64,000 nt of DNA from an uncultured Clostridiaceae bacterium (GTDB lineage Bacteria; Bacillota; UBA994; PWPR01). Below, piece by piece: positions 17,380 through 25,716 of the stretch (the first letter of the stretch is position 1; the number at the start of each line of letters is the position of its first letter). The stretch covers positions 175 through 64,174 of the forward strand of contig CAZJHT010000010.1 in the NCBI GenBank assembly GCA_964546025.1. The letters run 5' to 3'. Under the pieces are notes generated by a model that made no database searches, was not told the origin of the DNA, and saw nothing but the letters and a program-made list of their open reading frames with translations. The translations under genes and the position numbers were made by a program.

Positions 17380-19632
17380 CTATTTATTATCTTTTAACAA
17401 TCTCATACCATTTAGTATTACCACAAGAGCTGCTCCAGTATCAGCTAAAACTGCAATCCAAAGCGTTAACCATCCTGGGAAAACCATAAATATCGCAGCT
17501 AGTTTAACAACTAATGAAAATGCAATATTTTGCTTTATAATACTAATGGTTCTATTACTAAGTTTAATTGTATATGGCAGCTTATTTAAATCATCTGACA
17601 TTAAAACTATATCAGCAGTATCAAGCGCTGTATCTGTACCTGCTCCTCCCAAAGTAATACCAATATCAGCAAGCGCTAGTGCTGGTGCGTCATTAATTCC
17701 GTCACCAACCATAATGACTTTCTTATATGTATCTTGCAACTCTTTAACTACAACTAGCTTTTCATCAGGCAATAAATTAGCATAGAATTTATCAATCCCT
17801 AAGTTCTTACTAACAGTATTAGCACTATACTCATTATCGCCTGTTAACATAACTATGTTGTCTATTTTGTTTTCCTTTAGACTAACTATTGTTTCTTTTG
17901 ATTCTTCTCTTAGCGTATCTGATATAGTAATTGCCCCTAGCGATACCATATCTTTAATTACTACAACTATAGTTTGTCCGTTTTCATTTGCCTTTTTATA
18001 CGATTCTTTAATATTTTCTAAGTTAACGCCTAGCTCCTTTGCAAATGCTGGTTTTATTACAAGAACTTCAGATCCATCTATATATCCTTTTACTCCTTGG
18101 CCAGTCAATGATTCAAACTTTTCTGCTTTTAAATATTTTACGTTTTTCTCATTTGCATAAGCTAGTATCGCCTTAGCTAGTGGGTGTTCAGAAAAACTCT
18201 CTATGCTAGCTGCATACATGAGTGCCTGATAATCCGTTACATTAATAACTTTTGGCTTACCTATTGTTAAAGTTCCAGTTTTGTCAAATGCAATAGCTTC
18301 AGCTTTCCCAACACCTTCTATATGAGCACCGCCTTTAATTAAAATGCCATTTCTAGCAGCGTTGCCAAGGGCAGACACAATTGATACAGGTGTTGATATA
18401 ACTAAAGCACATGGGCAAGAAACAACTAATAGCGCTATGGCTCTATAAAACCATTCATGGAAGTTCCCACCCAAGAATACTGTGGGAATGAAAACGATAC
18501 TCACAGCTAACAAAATCACAATAGGAGTGTAATACCTAGCAAATGTATCAACAAACCTTTCTGAAGGAGCTTTTTGCCCCTGAGCTTCTTCTACAAGCTC
18601 AATAATTCTATCTAGTGTGGTGCTCCCACTTTCTTTTGTAACACGTACTTCTAAATATCCTTCTTCATTAATGGTCCCAGCATAAACTGTATCCTCCACC
18701 ATTTTATCTACAGGCATTGATTCACCTGTTATAGGTGCTTGATTAACACTAGACTCCCCTGATAAAACTATTCCATCAAGAGCTATCCTATTACCTGGTT
18801 TTATTACTAATATATCATTTATTTTTATCTCATCAACATTAAGTGTTACTTCTTTTCCATGCTTTTTAATAGTAGCCTTTGTTGGTGTAAGATCCATAAG
18901 ATTTCTAATAGACCTTCTTGTCTTATCCATTGAGTAAGATTCAAGTGACTTACCAATCCCAAATAATACTGCAACCATAGCTCCTTCACTATATTCACCA
19001 AGGTAAATCGCTCCTATAATTGCAATTATAAGTAAGACATTCATATCAAGAGGCATCTTATTAACTAAAGCATTAACTCCAGCCTTTGCTGGATAGTAGC
19101 CTGCTAACAATGTTGATAAAATCAACAAGCCATTGATTACTGGTGATGTCTCATAAATAGCCGACCCAATAAATGCTACAGCTAAAACTCCTGTAGCAAT
19201 CAATGTTAGTACTACTTTTAAATCCTGCCACCACTTAGTTTTTTCAAAGCTCACTTCTGTACTTTTTTCTATTTTATACCCAATTTTTTTTACCACTTGA
19301 ATTATTTCATCTGATTTTATATTATGACTAACCCTTAATACTGAAGTATTAAAGTTATACTCTGCAAACTCTACACCATCTATTTGAGCAACTGCTCTTT
19401 GTACCCCTTTGGCACACTCTGGTCAATCTACCCCTGAAACGTAAAACCTATCTTGATTTCTAGCTTTGATAGCTTCATCACTTAAGCCACCTTTAAATTC
19501 CACAACATTATCATTTGTGTGGCTATGATCATGTGAATGGTTTTTGCTGTGCTGGTGATCATGACTGTGATTATGATCATCATCACAATCACTACAACAT
19601 TGTTTTATTTCAACATCTTGACTATGGTCCAT
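17380..19632 (-). CDS. cadA: Cd/Zn/Co-type P1B heavy-metal ATPase with a His-rich N-terminus and one HMA domain. One in-frame TGA (19423-19425) sits at the first Cys of the CxxC motif, so it is a candidate selenoprotein.
   Basis: Track ORFs 19423..19632 and 17380..19296 are in the same frame (2253 nt = 751 codons). I translated the gap 19297-19422 and found no other stop. The N-terminus is CCSDCDDDHNHSHDHQHSKNHSHDHSH and the HMA is FYVSGVD-TGA-PECAKGVQRAVAQIDGV. Core motifs are CPC (SCPCALV), DKTGTLT, TGDN and GDGINDAP. Confidence 0.85.
19386..19397 (-). promoter_or_regulatory. Weak candidate SECIS-like hairpin downstream of the cadA UGA
   Basis: Minus strand reads GAGC-AGUU-GCUC, only 4 bp. 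The stem starts 25 nt after the UGA and the loop 29 nt after it. The loop is the same AGUU as in copA. An alternative hairpin GUGCC-AAAGG-GGUAC at 19401-19415 lies closer to the UGA. Confidence 0.3.
19423..19425 (-). other. In-frame UGA, candidate selenocysteine codon (UPEC in place of CxxC)
   Basis: Plus-strand tca equals minus-strand TGA. It is flanked by ...GGG GTA GAT | TGA | CCA GAG TGT GCC... Confidence 0.6.
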
Positions 19633-19646
19633 TTTCGTAACTCCTA

Positions 19647-19991
19647 TTAAATATGATTCAAGTGTTCTATTCCTTGCTTTATTATTGCCTCAACATGTTC
19701 ATCATCAAGAGAGTAATATACTCTTCTGCCTTCTTTTCTACTCTTTACAAGCCTTGACGCCCTTAAATATCGTAAGTGATGAGAAACATTTGATTGAGTA
19801 GTGTCTAGTATCTCAGATAGATTACACACACATAGCTCATTCAAGGATAAAGCATAAAGCAACTTTGCTCTTGTATCATCAGCCAGTGCTTTAAATAAAT
19901 CTGATAATCCATGTAACTGATCTACCTTTGGTTTAACTTCTTTTATAATCTCATCTTCTACAGATAAAACTTCACAAACTTCTGTTGTCAT
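19647..19991 (-). CDS. ArsR/SmtB-family metal-sensing repressor (CadC/CzrA-like)
   Basis: 114 aa. ELCVCNLSEILDTTQSNVSHHLRYLRASRLV is the family wHTH with the alpha3 Cys pair. Its stop lies 14 nt before the cadA start. Confidence 0.9.
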   Translation of the reverse strand: MTTEVCEVLSVEDEIIKEVKPKVDQLHGLSDLFKALADDTRAKLLYALSLNELCVCNLSEILDTTQSNVSHHLRYLRASRLVKSRKEGRRVYYSLDDEHVEAIIKQGIEHLNHI

Positions 19992-20006
19992 GTTCCACCA
20001 CCTCTG

Positions 20007-20032
20007 AATATATGATTACTTGTTCATATATT
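20007..20032. promoter_or_regulatory. Perfect 9-bp inverted repeat AATATATGA-N8-TCATATATT, candidate ArsR/SmtB operator
   Basis: Seen directly in the sequence. It lies immediately downstream of the predicted -10 of the arsR-cadA-copA promoter, and TGA...TCA half-sites are typical of ArsR-family operators. Confidence 0.5.
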
Positions 20033-20060
20033 ATTATATACCTCTGAGTTATAAAGTCAA
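20033..20060 (-). promoter_or_regulatory. Candidate sigma-A promoter (TTGACT-N16-TATAAT) of the arsR-cadA-copA operon
   Basis: Minus strand reads TTGACT (20060-20055), a 16-nt spacer, then TATAAT (20038-20033). Confidence 0.45.
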
Positions 20061-20061
20061 G

Positions 20062-20102
20062 AAAATAAAAGTAGCTTAACTGCCTTTAGTGGCAATTAAG
20101 CT
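20062..20102 (-). terminator. Rho-independent terminator after the RND gene
   Basis: Minus strand reads AGCTTAATTGCC-actaaa-GGCAGTTAAGCT (one mismatch) followed by ACTTTTATTTTC. Confidence 0.6.
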
Positions 20103-20112
20103 ATCATTATTT

Positions 20113-23100
20113 TCATGCTTCTTTTCTTATTTTACTTGCTAATTTATCTAGTAGTAAGTACATCGCTGGAATAAAAACTAGAGTTAAAAGTGTAGCTACT
20201 GTAATTCCAAAGATAACAGCTATGCCCATAGGAGCAAGTAACTCTCCTCCTTCTCCCAGTCCTAAACTTAGTGGTATTAAAGCTAAGGATGTAGTTAAAG
20301 TTGTTATCAGTATTGGCCTTAACCTTATTGGTCCAGCACTAATAATAGCTGTTTTTATATCTTCTCCAAAATCTCTTCGTCTAGTATTAATGTAATCCAC
20401 AAGTACAATTGCATCATTTACTACAATACCTGCTAAAATAATGGCTCCTATCATAGCGGGAACACTTAATCTATTTCCCGTTAAGAATAGACCCAAAGCT
20501 CCTCCAGAAAAGGAAAGCGGTACAGCAAACATTATAATAAATGGATGTAAGAACGATTCAAACTGACTGGCTAGTACCATATACACGAGTACTATACTTA
20601 GTGCTAGTGCTAATGTCAAATCATTAAGTGCATCTTGTAATTCTGTAAATTCTCCTCCTATACCATAACTATATCCTGGAGGAAAATGATACTCATCTAA
20701 TACCTTTTCAACATCTGCTGAGACACTTCCTAGATCTCGCTGGTATATCTGAGAGCTAACAGTTACTACTCTTTGTTGTGCCTCTCTATCAATTCTTCTA
20801 GGACCTTGAGCAAGCTCAATACTTGCTATTTGAGATAAAGGAATGATTGCTTCTGTTGGCGTATTAATCATTAAATTTGATAAGCTTGCAATTCCTTGAT
20901 TATAAATATCTTCACCTTTTATAACTACATTTATTTCGCTACCTTCATATTTATATCTAGTTACTGTTGACCCTGTCATTATTGTTCTTACTGTATTAGC
21001 CACTTGTGCTGTTGTCAGTCCATACTGGCTAGCCTGCAACCGATCAACTCTTACCTGAATTTCAGGAACACCGCTTGTAAATGAAGATGCAACCATCCTA
21101 GTGCCTTCTACTTGAGAAACAATATTAACTAGTTCACTACTAATTCTTTCAAGCTCATCAAGGTCATCTCCTCTAATAGAGATGCTAATTGGCGCGCCTC
21201 CCATTCCACCTCCTGCAAGAGATGCTGCTGACATGACACTAACGGATATATTAACACCTGGTATATCTCGCACCATATCTCTTACATTATCAGCTAAATC
21301 AGCACTTCTATAGTCTCTATCCATATCTGTCATAACATTAATTGAACTAGAGCCCTTACTTACATTAGAATAGACTGTCTTGATTCCATTGAGGGTCAAG
21401 ATTAAATCTTCAACTTCTTGTGTAACCTCCAATGTTCTCTCAACTGAGGTGCCTGAAGGCATCCTAACATTTACAGAAAACTGCCCTTGATCCACCTCTG
21501 GGAAAAACTCGGTTCCAACCAATAAAATTGAGCTCATTGATATAGCAAAAACTAATACTCCTGCTAAAACTGTCTTTCCTGGGTTATTAATTGCTGCTTT
21601 AAGTAAATTATTGTATTTTTCTCTCAAACTTCCAAGCATTTTGCCTAAAGTTGTTTCTTCTAGCTCTTTTTCTGTGTGGAAAGTATCAAGCAATTTAGAA
21701 GATAACATTGGTATTACAGTTAGTGAAACTGCAAGTGAGGCTAAAAGAGAAAGCGTTATTGTCAAGGCAAGTTCTCTAAATATCTCTGATGTTATTCCTT
21801 CTACAAAAACAATCGGAATAAAAACTGCTACTGTTGTTAGTGTTGAAGCTGTAACTGCCATAGCAACTTCACTAGCACCTTTAATAGCGGCATTTACTTT
21901 ATTTTCTCCACTTTCTCTAAATCTATATATGTTTTCAAGTACAACAATAGAGTTATCTACTAACATTCCTATTGCTAAAGCTAAGCCACCTAAGGTCATC
22001 AGATTTAGTGTTATATTTGCAAAATACAGTAGTACAAATGTAGCTATTACTGATACTGGTATGGCAATAGCTATAATCATTGTAGTTTTAATATTTCTAA
22101 AAAAGAATAATAAAACTAAAATTGCTAATATAGATCCTAAAATTCCGCTTTCAAGTAAATTATCAATAGATAACTCAATGAACTCTGCTTGATTTAGTAT
22201 GGGTTCGATCTCATATTGTGAGTATCGATTAGTAATCTCATCTAAGGCATCCATAACATTTCTTGCAACTCTAACTGTATTAGTACCAGACTGTTTACTT
22301 ACAGATATATCAAGACTTCGCTCTCCATTAGACCTTACTATGCTACTTGATTCAACTTCCACAAAATTAACCTGTGAGATGTCGCCAAGCCTAATAGACT
22401 CACCAGTCCTAAGCATAAATCTCAAATCTCTAATTTCACTAATACTAGTAAACTCACCAATTGTCCTGATGGTAAATTCTTGGTCACCTCTATTAACAAC
22501 TCCACCTGGAAGGTTCAAGTTTTCTGCACCAATCATGCCCATTAATGTGTCTATAGGTATTTGATAACTATGTAAAATCATAGGATCTACAATTATTTCT
22601 ACTTGTCTTGTATATCCTCCATTAACACTAACAGCTGCTACTCCATCAATTCTTTCCAATTGCGGGGACAATATTTCTTCTGCAAACAACTGAAGACTTA
22701 CCAAGTCATCAGTTCCTTTTAGAGATATCTGAACAATAGGCAATGCGTCTGGATCTATTTTTTGCACCACTGGTGCTGATACATCATCTGGGAAAAATGG
22801 CCTAATCATATCAATTCTTTCTCTTAGCTCTAGAGCAGCTTCTCCCATATCTGTACCAAAAGTAAACTCAGCTATTATTAGAGAATTTCCTTCAGATGAC
22901 CTTGATGAAATATTCTCTATTCCACTTATTGTGCCTACTCCTTGTTCTAGTGGCATAGTTACCAGAGACTCAATCTCTTGAGGTCCTACCCCTGGATAAC
23001 TTGTAGATATGACTACTATAGGGAACTCCAAGTTTGGTAATAAATCTATAGGTAGTCTACTAAGTGAAATGAAACCAATAAGTATTACTGCTAATGTTAC

Positions 23101-23148
23101 CATTAAAACTGTTATTGGACGTCTTACAGCTAGTTTCGGTAGTCCCAT
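20113..23148 (-). CDS. RND-family efflux permease (AcrB/HAE-type)
   Basis: About 1010 aa with 12 TM helices and two large loops, and a typical N-terminus AVRRPITVLM. Start trimmed to the ATG at 23148 (MGLPKL), which has GAGG 8 nt upstream. Its stop codon is TGA. Confidence 0.93.
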   Translation of the reverse strand: MGLPKLAVRRPITVLMVTLAVILIGFISLSRLPIDLLPNLEFPIVVISTSYPGVGPQEIESLVTMPLEQGVGTISGIENISSRSSEGNSLIIAEFTFGTDMGEAALELRERIDMIRPFFPDDVSAPVVQKIDPDALPIVQISLKGTDDLVSLQLFAEEILSPQLERIDGVAAVSVNGGYTRQVEIIVDPMILHSYQIPIDTLMGMIGAENLNLPGGVVNRGDQEFTIRTIGEFTSISEIRDLRFMLRTGESIRLGDISQVNFVEVESSSIVRSNGERSLDISVSKQSGTNTVRVARNVMDALDEITNRYSQYEIEPILNQAEFIELSIDNLLESGILGSILAILVLLFFFRNIKTTMIIAIAIPVSVIATFVLLYFANITLNLMTLGGLALAIGMLVDNSIVVLENIYRFRESGENKVNAAIKGASEVAMAVTASTLTTVAVFIPIVFVEGITSEIFRELALTITLSLLASLAVSLTVIPMLSSKLLDTFHTEKELEETTLGKMLGSLREKYNNLLKAAINNPGKTVLAGVLVFAISMSSILLVGTEFFPEVDQGQFSVNVRMPSGTSVERTLEVTQEVEDLILTLNGIKTVYSNVSKGSSSINVMTDMDRDYRSADLADNVRDMVRDIPGVNISVSVMSAASLAGGGMGGAPISISIRGDDLDELERISSELVNIVSQVEGTRMVASSFTSGVPEIQVRVDRLQASQYGLTTAQVANTVRTIMTGSTVTRYKYEGSEINVVIKGEDIYNQGIASLSNLMINTPTEAIIPLSQIASIELAQGPRRIDREAQQRVVTVSSQIYQRDLGSVSADVEKVLDEYHFPPGYSYGIGGEFTELQDALNDLTLALALSIVLVYMVLASQFESFLHPFIIMFAVPLSFSGGALGLFLTGNRLSVPAMIGAIILAGIVVNDAIVLVDYINTRRRDFGEDIKTAIISAGPIRLRPILITTLTTSLALIPLSLGLGEGGELLAPMGIAVIFGITVATLLTLVFIPAMYLLLDKLASKIRKEA

Positions 23149-23149
23149 C

Positions 23150-24253
23150 CTACTCACCTCTAATTACGCGAACTCGGTCACCTTCACTTAGGAAGCTTTG
23201 TCCAGATACAACTACTTCATCACCTTCATTTATACCTGATACTACTTCAATTATTGATCCATTATCAAGCCCTGTTTTAATTTCTACTACTACAGCTTTA
23301 TCGTCTTGTACTAAATATACAATTTCTCTATTATTTCTTATTAATACTGCTTGAGAAGGTATTACAATAGCGTCTTCTCTTGACTCAGTCACAATTTCAA
23401 CTTTTGCATGCATACCTGTTTTGATATCAGAGTCAACTTTCTCAAGAGTAATTTCAGCGCCATACATCAAGCTTGATGCTTCTATTGAGGACCCAATACT
23501 ACTTATTCTTCCCTCATGGTAATAGTCTATTGCTTGAATATTAACCCCAACCTCTTGTCCGACTACTAAATTATTAACCATATTTTCGGTTATATTTATA
23601 CCTATAAGTAACTCACTATCATCTAAAATCACCATTGCTGGCTGCGTATTAGTTGCAATAGATCCTTCTTCTAATACCAAGTTTGTAACAATACCGCTAC
23701 TTGGAGCTTTGATAGTTGTATCTCTATATGCATCACTTGCACTATCAAGTCCGACCTTTGCTTGTCTAACTGCTGACTCTGCTGCCTTTATGGGTTGGTC
23801 TGATGCAGATAGTCTTGCTTGGTCAAGCTGTGATTGACTTATTGCACCTGATTCATAAAGTACTTTTAGTTTTTCATAGTTTTCTTTAGCAGCTTCTACT
23901 TGTTCTTTGGTCATTTCATAATTTGCTTTTGCACTATCATATGCTGCTTGCGCTTGCTCCAACTGTCTAGCACTGTTTGTACCAACAAGAGTGAATAAGT
24001 TTTGGCCAGAACTAACTTTATCACCATTTTCTACAAACAACCTTGCTACTTCTCCTGGCATTTGTATAATTACTGGGATTGTTTTTATTGGTCTTACTCT
24101 CCCTGTAAATGTTGTTATAAATTCAATACTATCTGTTTTAGCATCAATTACTTCAACAGGTGTATATATCTCTTGTTCTTCAACTTCTTCTTGTTGTGAA
24201 CACCCTATTAAAATAAAGATCAATATTAGTAACATAGCCAATACTTTTTTCAT
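23150..24253 (-). CDS. RND periplasmic adaptor (membrane-fusion) lipoprotein
   Basis: Lipobox LIGC after a signal peptide, then coiled-coil, lipoyl-like and beta-barrel regions. Start trimmed to MKKVLAML (ATG at 24253). Confidence 0.9.
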   Translation of the reverse strand: MKKVLAMLLILIFILIGCSQQEEVEEQEIYTPVEVIDAKTDSIEFITTFTGRVRPIKTIPVIIQMPGEVARLFVENGDKVSSGQNLFTLVGTNSARQLEQAQAAYDSAKANYEMTKEQVEAAKENYEKLKVLYESGAISQSQLDQARLSASDQPIKAAESAVRQAKVGLDSASDAYRDTTIKAPSSGIVTNLVLEEGSIATNTQPAMVILDDSELLIGINITENMVNNLVVGQEVGVNIQAIDYYHEGRISSIGSSIEASSLMYGAEITLEKVDSDIKTGMHAKVEIVTESREDAIVIPSQAVLIRNNREIVYLVQDDKAVVVEIKTGLDNGSIIEVVSGINEGDEVVVSGQSFLSEGDRVRVIRGE

Positions 24254-24384
24254 TGCCATTCCCCTTAATGATTCAAACTGTTCACTACTCATTCATAATA
24301 CATCATTTTACAACATAAAAAGAGTATTGAATATGTTTTTTCTCTTTTTTTTACATATCCTACACACATCTTAACTTTTAAACG

Positions 24385-24420
24385 TAAAAAGAAGTGAGCC
24401 AAATGACTCACTTCTAAAAA
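24385..24420 (-). terminator. Rho-independent terminator
   Basis: Minus strand reads AGAAGTGAG-tcatttgg-CTCACTTCT followed by TTTTAC. Confidence 0.65.
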
Positions 24421-24431
24421 CCATGAATATT

Positions 24432-24893
24432 CTAAATAACTCCAGTTGCTCTAAGTAACACTTCTGCAATTACTGCTGATCCTACAAATGTTCCTGTAAA
24501 TACTAAAAGAGCTATTACAATAATCTTTGGACCAAGTTTTGCAAAAGAACCAATATCTTTACCGATTGAAATACCAGCATATGCTAGGATTGGCGTACAA
24601 AGAGCAAGGAACTGAACTTTTGATGTATGCTCTAAGAAAAACGCACTTCCTGGTGTCCATGGTAAACTCAAAATTATACCTGTTAAAGATATGTATGCGA
24701 TTGCAGGTAATTTAACTGGTACAAGGTTCTTTAGAGTTAACCCTATTACAACTACACCAAGTAGAATTAAAACACCTAAGACAGCTTGCAATGGGTTTAC
24801 TGGATTACCAGCTCTATATGTAAATATCCAGTTACCTATTAATGTTATTACACTTGAAATTAAAAGAATTCTTACTTGCTTTGCTAATTCCAT
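24432..24893 (-). CDS. Small polytopic membrane protein (about 4-5 TM), function unknown
   Basis: 153 aa and hydrophobic throughout. TAATG overlap with the upstream membrane-protein gene suggests translational coupling. Confidence 0.6.
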   Translation of the reverse strand: MELAKQVRILLISSVITLIGNWIFTYRAGNPVNPLQAVLGVLILLGVVVIGLTLKNLVPVKLPAIAYISLTGIILSLPWTPGSAFFLEHTSKVQFLALCTPILAYAGISIGKDIGSFAKLGPKIIVIALLVFTGTFVGSAVIAEVLLRATGVI

Positions 24894-25690
24894 TATGCTG
24901 CCTCCTCTGCTTTCTTAGCTTTTCTTCCCTTAACTATTTCATACAGCTTATTGGTCATTGGTAATCCAACAAATAGTGAAGCATATAAACCTGTTGCACT
25001 AGTTAGTAGATTACTTGCAGCCGCAAAAGCTATTATTTCTGTTTCCATCGCAGGGAAAGTTGCAGCCAAAGCCCCTGATGAAGCTGACATCATGGATGCA
25101 CTTCCCGTACCACACGCCATCGCCAGTGCATATGGGTGAAGTGGTAGAATTGATGGTAAAAATCCTGCCATTAAACCAAAATAGATAGCACCAAATAAAG
25201 TACCACAGATGTAAACTCCCATTACACCTTGTCCTTCTGGGGTGTCTAAGCCATATACATCACCAATAATAGCAAGTGAACCTTCACGTGCTATAGAGAA
25301 TGTTGCACCAATTGCTTCTCTATCTAAGCCAAGTAACACAGCTACTGGTAACGCAAAGAATATTGTTCCAAAGTTACCTAACTCTTGTAAAACAAGTGGT
25401 AGTCCAGATGAAGCAATAACTTCGATATTAGGACCAATGTTAAATCCCATTTTAGCCGTAAGCATCAATACTGTAATACCAATATAAGTTGACGCTAAAC
25501 TCATTTCCTCTTCATTAACAATTTTTAGGAACTTTGGTCCTAAAAACATACCGATAATAAGTGCATAAAGCATAGGTAATAGCAACGCAGTTCCTGGGCC
25601 TACTTGGAAAGATCTTAATCCTATAAACTCAGAAATAACTACTAAGACAAATGCAATTATATGCAATTTAAAGTCTTTAATTTTTTCCAT
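24893..25690 (-). CDS. Polytopic membrane protein, probably DUF3100-type (uncharacterised putative transporter)
   Basis: 265 aa with about 8 TM helices and Gly/Ala-rich helices (ACGTGSASMMSASSGALAA). The family name is from memory, not from a search. Confidence 0.55.
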   Translation of the reverse strand: MEKIKDFKLHIIAFVLVVISEFIGLRSFQVGPGTALLLPMLYALIIGMFLGPKFLKIVNEEEMSLASTYIGITVLMLTAKMGFNIGPNIEVIASSGLPLVLQELGNFGTIFFALPVAVLLGLDREAIGATFSIAREGSLAIIGDVYGLDTPEGQGVMGVYICGTLFGAIYFGLMAGFLPSILPLHPYALAMACGTGSASMMSASSGALAATFPAMETEIIAFAAASNLLTSATGLYASLFVGLPMTNKLYEIVKGRKAKKAEEAA

Positions 25691-25716
25691 TTTATCCTCC
25701 GAAAGACATTAATTAT

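Noticed and set aside
17324-17785. Plus-strand ORFs in the track that lie antisense to long minus-strand genes. Examples are 17324..17785, 21611..22192, 22199..22564, 23991..24374, 5021..5383, 5332..5604, 29548..29919 and 54330..54566.
   Set aside because: Each lies wholly inside a well-supported minus-strand gene with clear family motifs. Their translations are low-complexity (S/I/L/F/P-rich), they lack RBS context and they resemble no family. They are typical shadow ORFs of AT-rich coding DNA.
14894-19632. Alternative genetic code (TGA = Trp or Gly) as the explanation for the in-frame TGAs in the two ATPase genes.
   Set aside because: TGA clearly terminates other well-defined genes in this window at family-typical lengths: RND pump at 20113, CapD at 47977, the small export protein at 55374 and the histidine kinase at 62286. 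The two internal TGAs also sit at a Cys position, not at a Trp or Gly position.
14894-19632. Both ATPase genes as simple nonsense pseudogenes, or as separately encoded HMA chaperones plus truncated pumps.
   Set aside because: This is not fully excluded but is judged less likely. There is a single stop in each otherwise intact frame with no frameshifts. Both stops are at the homologous CxxC first-Cys codon. The sequence right after each TGA continues the HMA fold in frame, with no RBS or start codon immediately after the stop. The first usable in-frame starts lie 41-42 codons downstream, inside the HMA domain.
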